Shown here one piece after another: positions 63,962 through 64,000 of a DNA stretch of 64,000 nt (positions are counted from its first letter, which is position 1; each line of letters starts with the position of its first letter). The notes beneath the pieces were generated by a model. That model made no database searches. It worked only from the letters and a program-made list of their open reading frames with translations, and was not told where the DNA came from. The position numbers were made by a program, and so were the translations under genes. The stretch is from an uncultured Bacilli bacterium (GTDB lineage: Bacteria; Bacillota_I; Bacilli_A; RF39; UBA660), in NCBI GenBank assembly GCA_949505625.1, contig CATBQD010000001.1, forward strand, positions 74,770 through 138,769, given 5' to 3'.

Positions 63962-64000
63962 ATGGAAACTCTAACAAATGAGGTTTTAAATGAATATCAA
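63962..64000 (+). CDS. 5' end of a gene in the spoIIAB position (truncated by window)
   Basis: The ATG lies 6 nt after AAGGAG and the frame is open to the window end (METLTNEVLNEYQ). Identity is inferred from position only. Confidence 0.3.
   Translation, partial: METLTNEVLNEYQ

Noticed and set aside
1-64000. I scanned by eye for rRNA or tRNA genes, CRISPR-like spaced direct repeats, IS or transposase genes, integrases, toxin-antitoxin pairs and restriction or defence-type genes.
   Set aside because: I recognised none. The intergenic gaps are short (the largest are 366 and 272 nt) and are accounted for by promoters, leaders and terminators. A by-eye scan cannot exclude small or degenerate elements. 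tRNAscan, Infernal and a defence-system HMM scan would be the decisive checks.

Overview
This is a 64-kb window of a visibly AT-rich chromosome (about 30% G+C by eye, not computed) from an endospore-forming low-GC Gram-positive bacterium (Bacillota). Local synteny is Bacillus-like: alaS-yrzL-ruvX-yrzB-mltG-yrrMNO-greA, miaB-x-cotE, rlmN-prpC-prkC-rsgA-rpe, truB..rpsO-pnp and sufCDS. The very low GC, the many lineage-specific ORFans and the scattered sporulation genes would fit an Erysipelotrichales- or Clostridia-like lineage, but I cannot verify that without a database search. I count about 80 protein genes, and all but four (rpmB, a HIT-family gene, a serine protease and sigK) are on the + strand. 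The code is standard (TGA is a stop). RBSs are of the GGAGG/GGTGA type, and ATGA or TAATG overlaps between adjacent genes are frequent. I recognised no rRNA, tRNA, CRISPR array, transposase, integrase or phage genes. The sporulation genes present are cotE, spoIIP, an uninterrupted pro-sigK, and spoIIAA with the first codons of a probable spoIIAB. I do not see a clear, self-contained new system such as a defence island; the window is mostly core housekeeping. The items most worth a second look are these. (1) Four tandem, individually promoted type IV pilin-like paralogs share a near-identical 5' block, and no assembly genes are nearby. (2) A translationally coupled RnfC/RnfD-like pair appears to have degenerate cofactor motifs and lacks the other rnf subunits. 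(3) The SpoIIAA homolog has Lys where the phospho-acceptor Ser normally sits. (4) A tightly coupled four-ORF insertion, including a triple-repeat lipoprotein and a 39-codon sORF, lies between truB and rpsO where ribF usually sits. (5) Several leader or small-RNA/sORF candidates occur: the pyrP-upp leader, a promoter-hairpin unit upstream of spoIIP, and a palindromic 6-codon uORF before an ABC transporter. All family assignments come from motif recall and synteny, not from searches.
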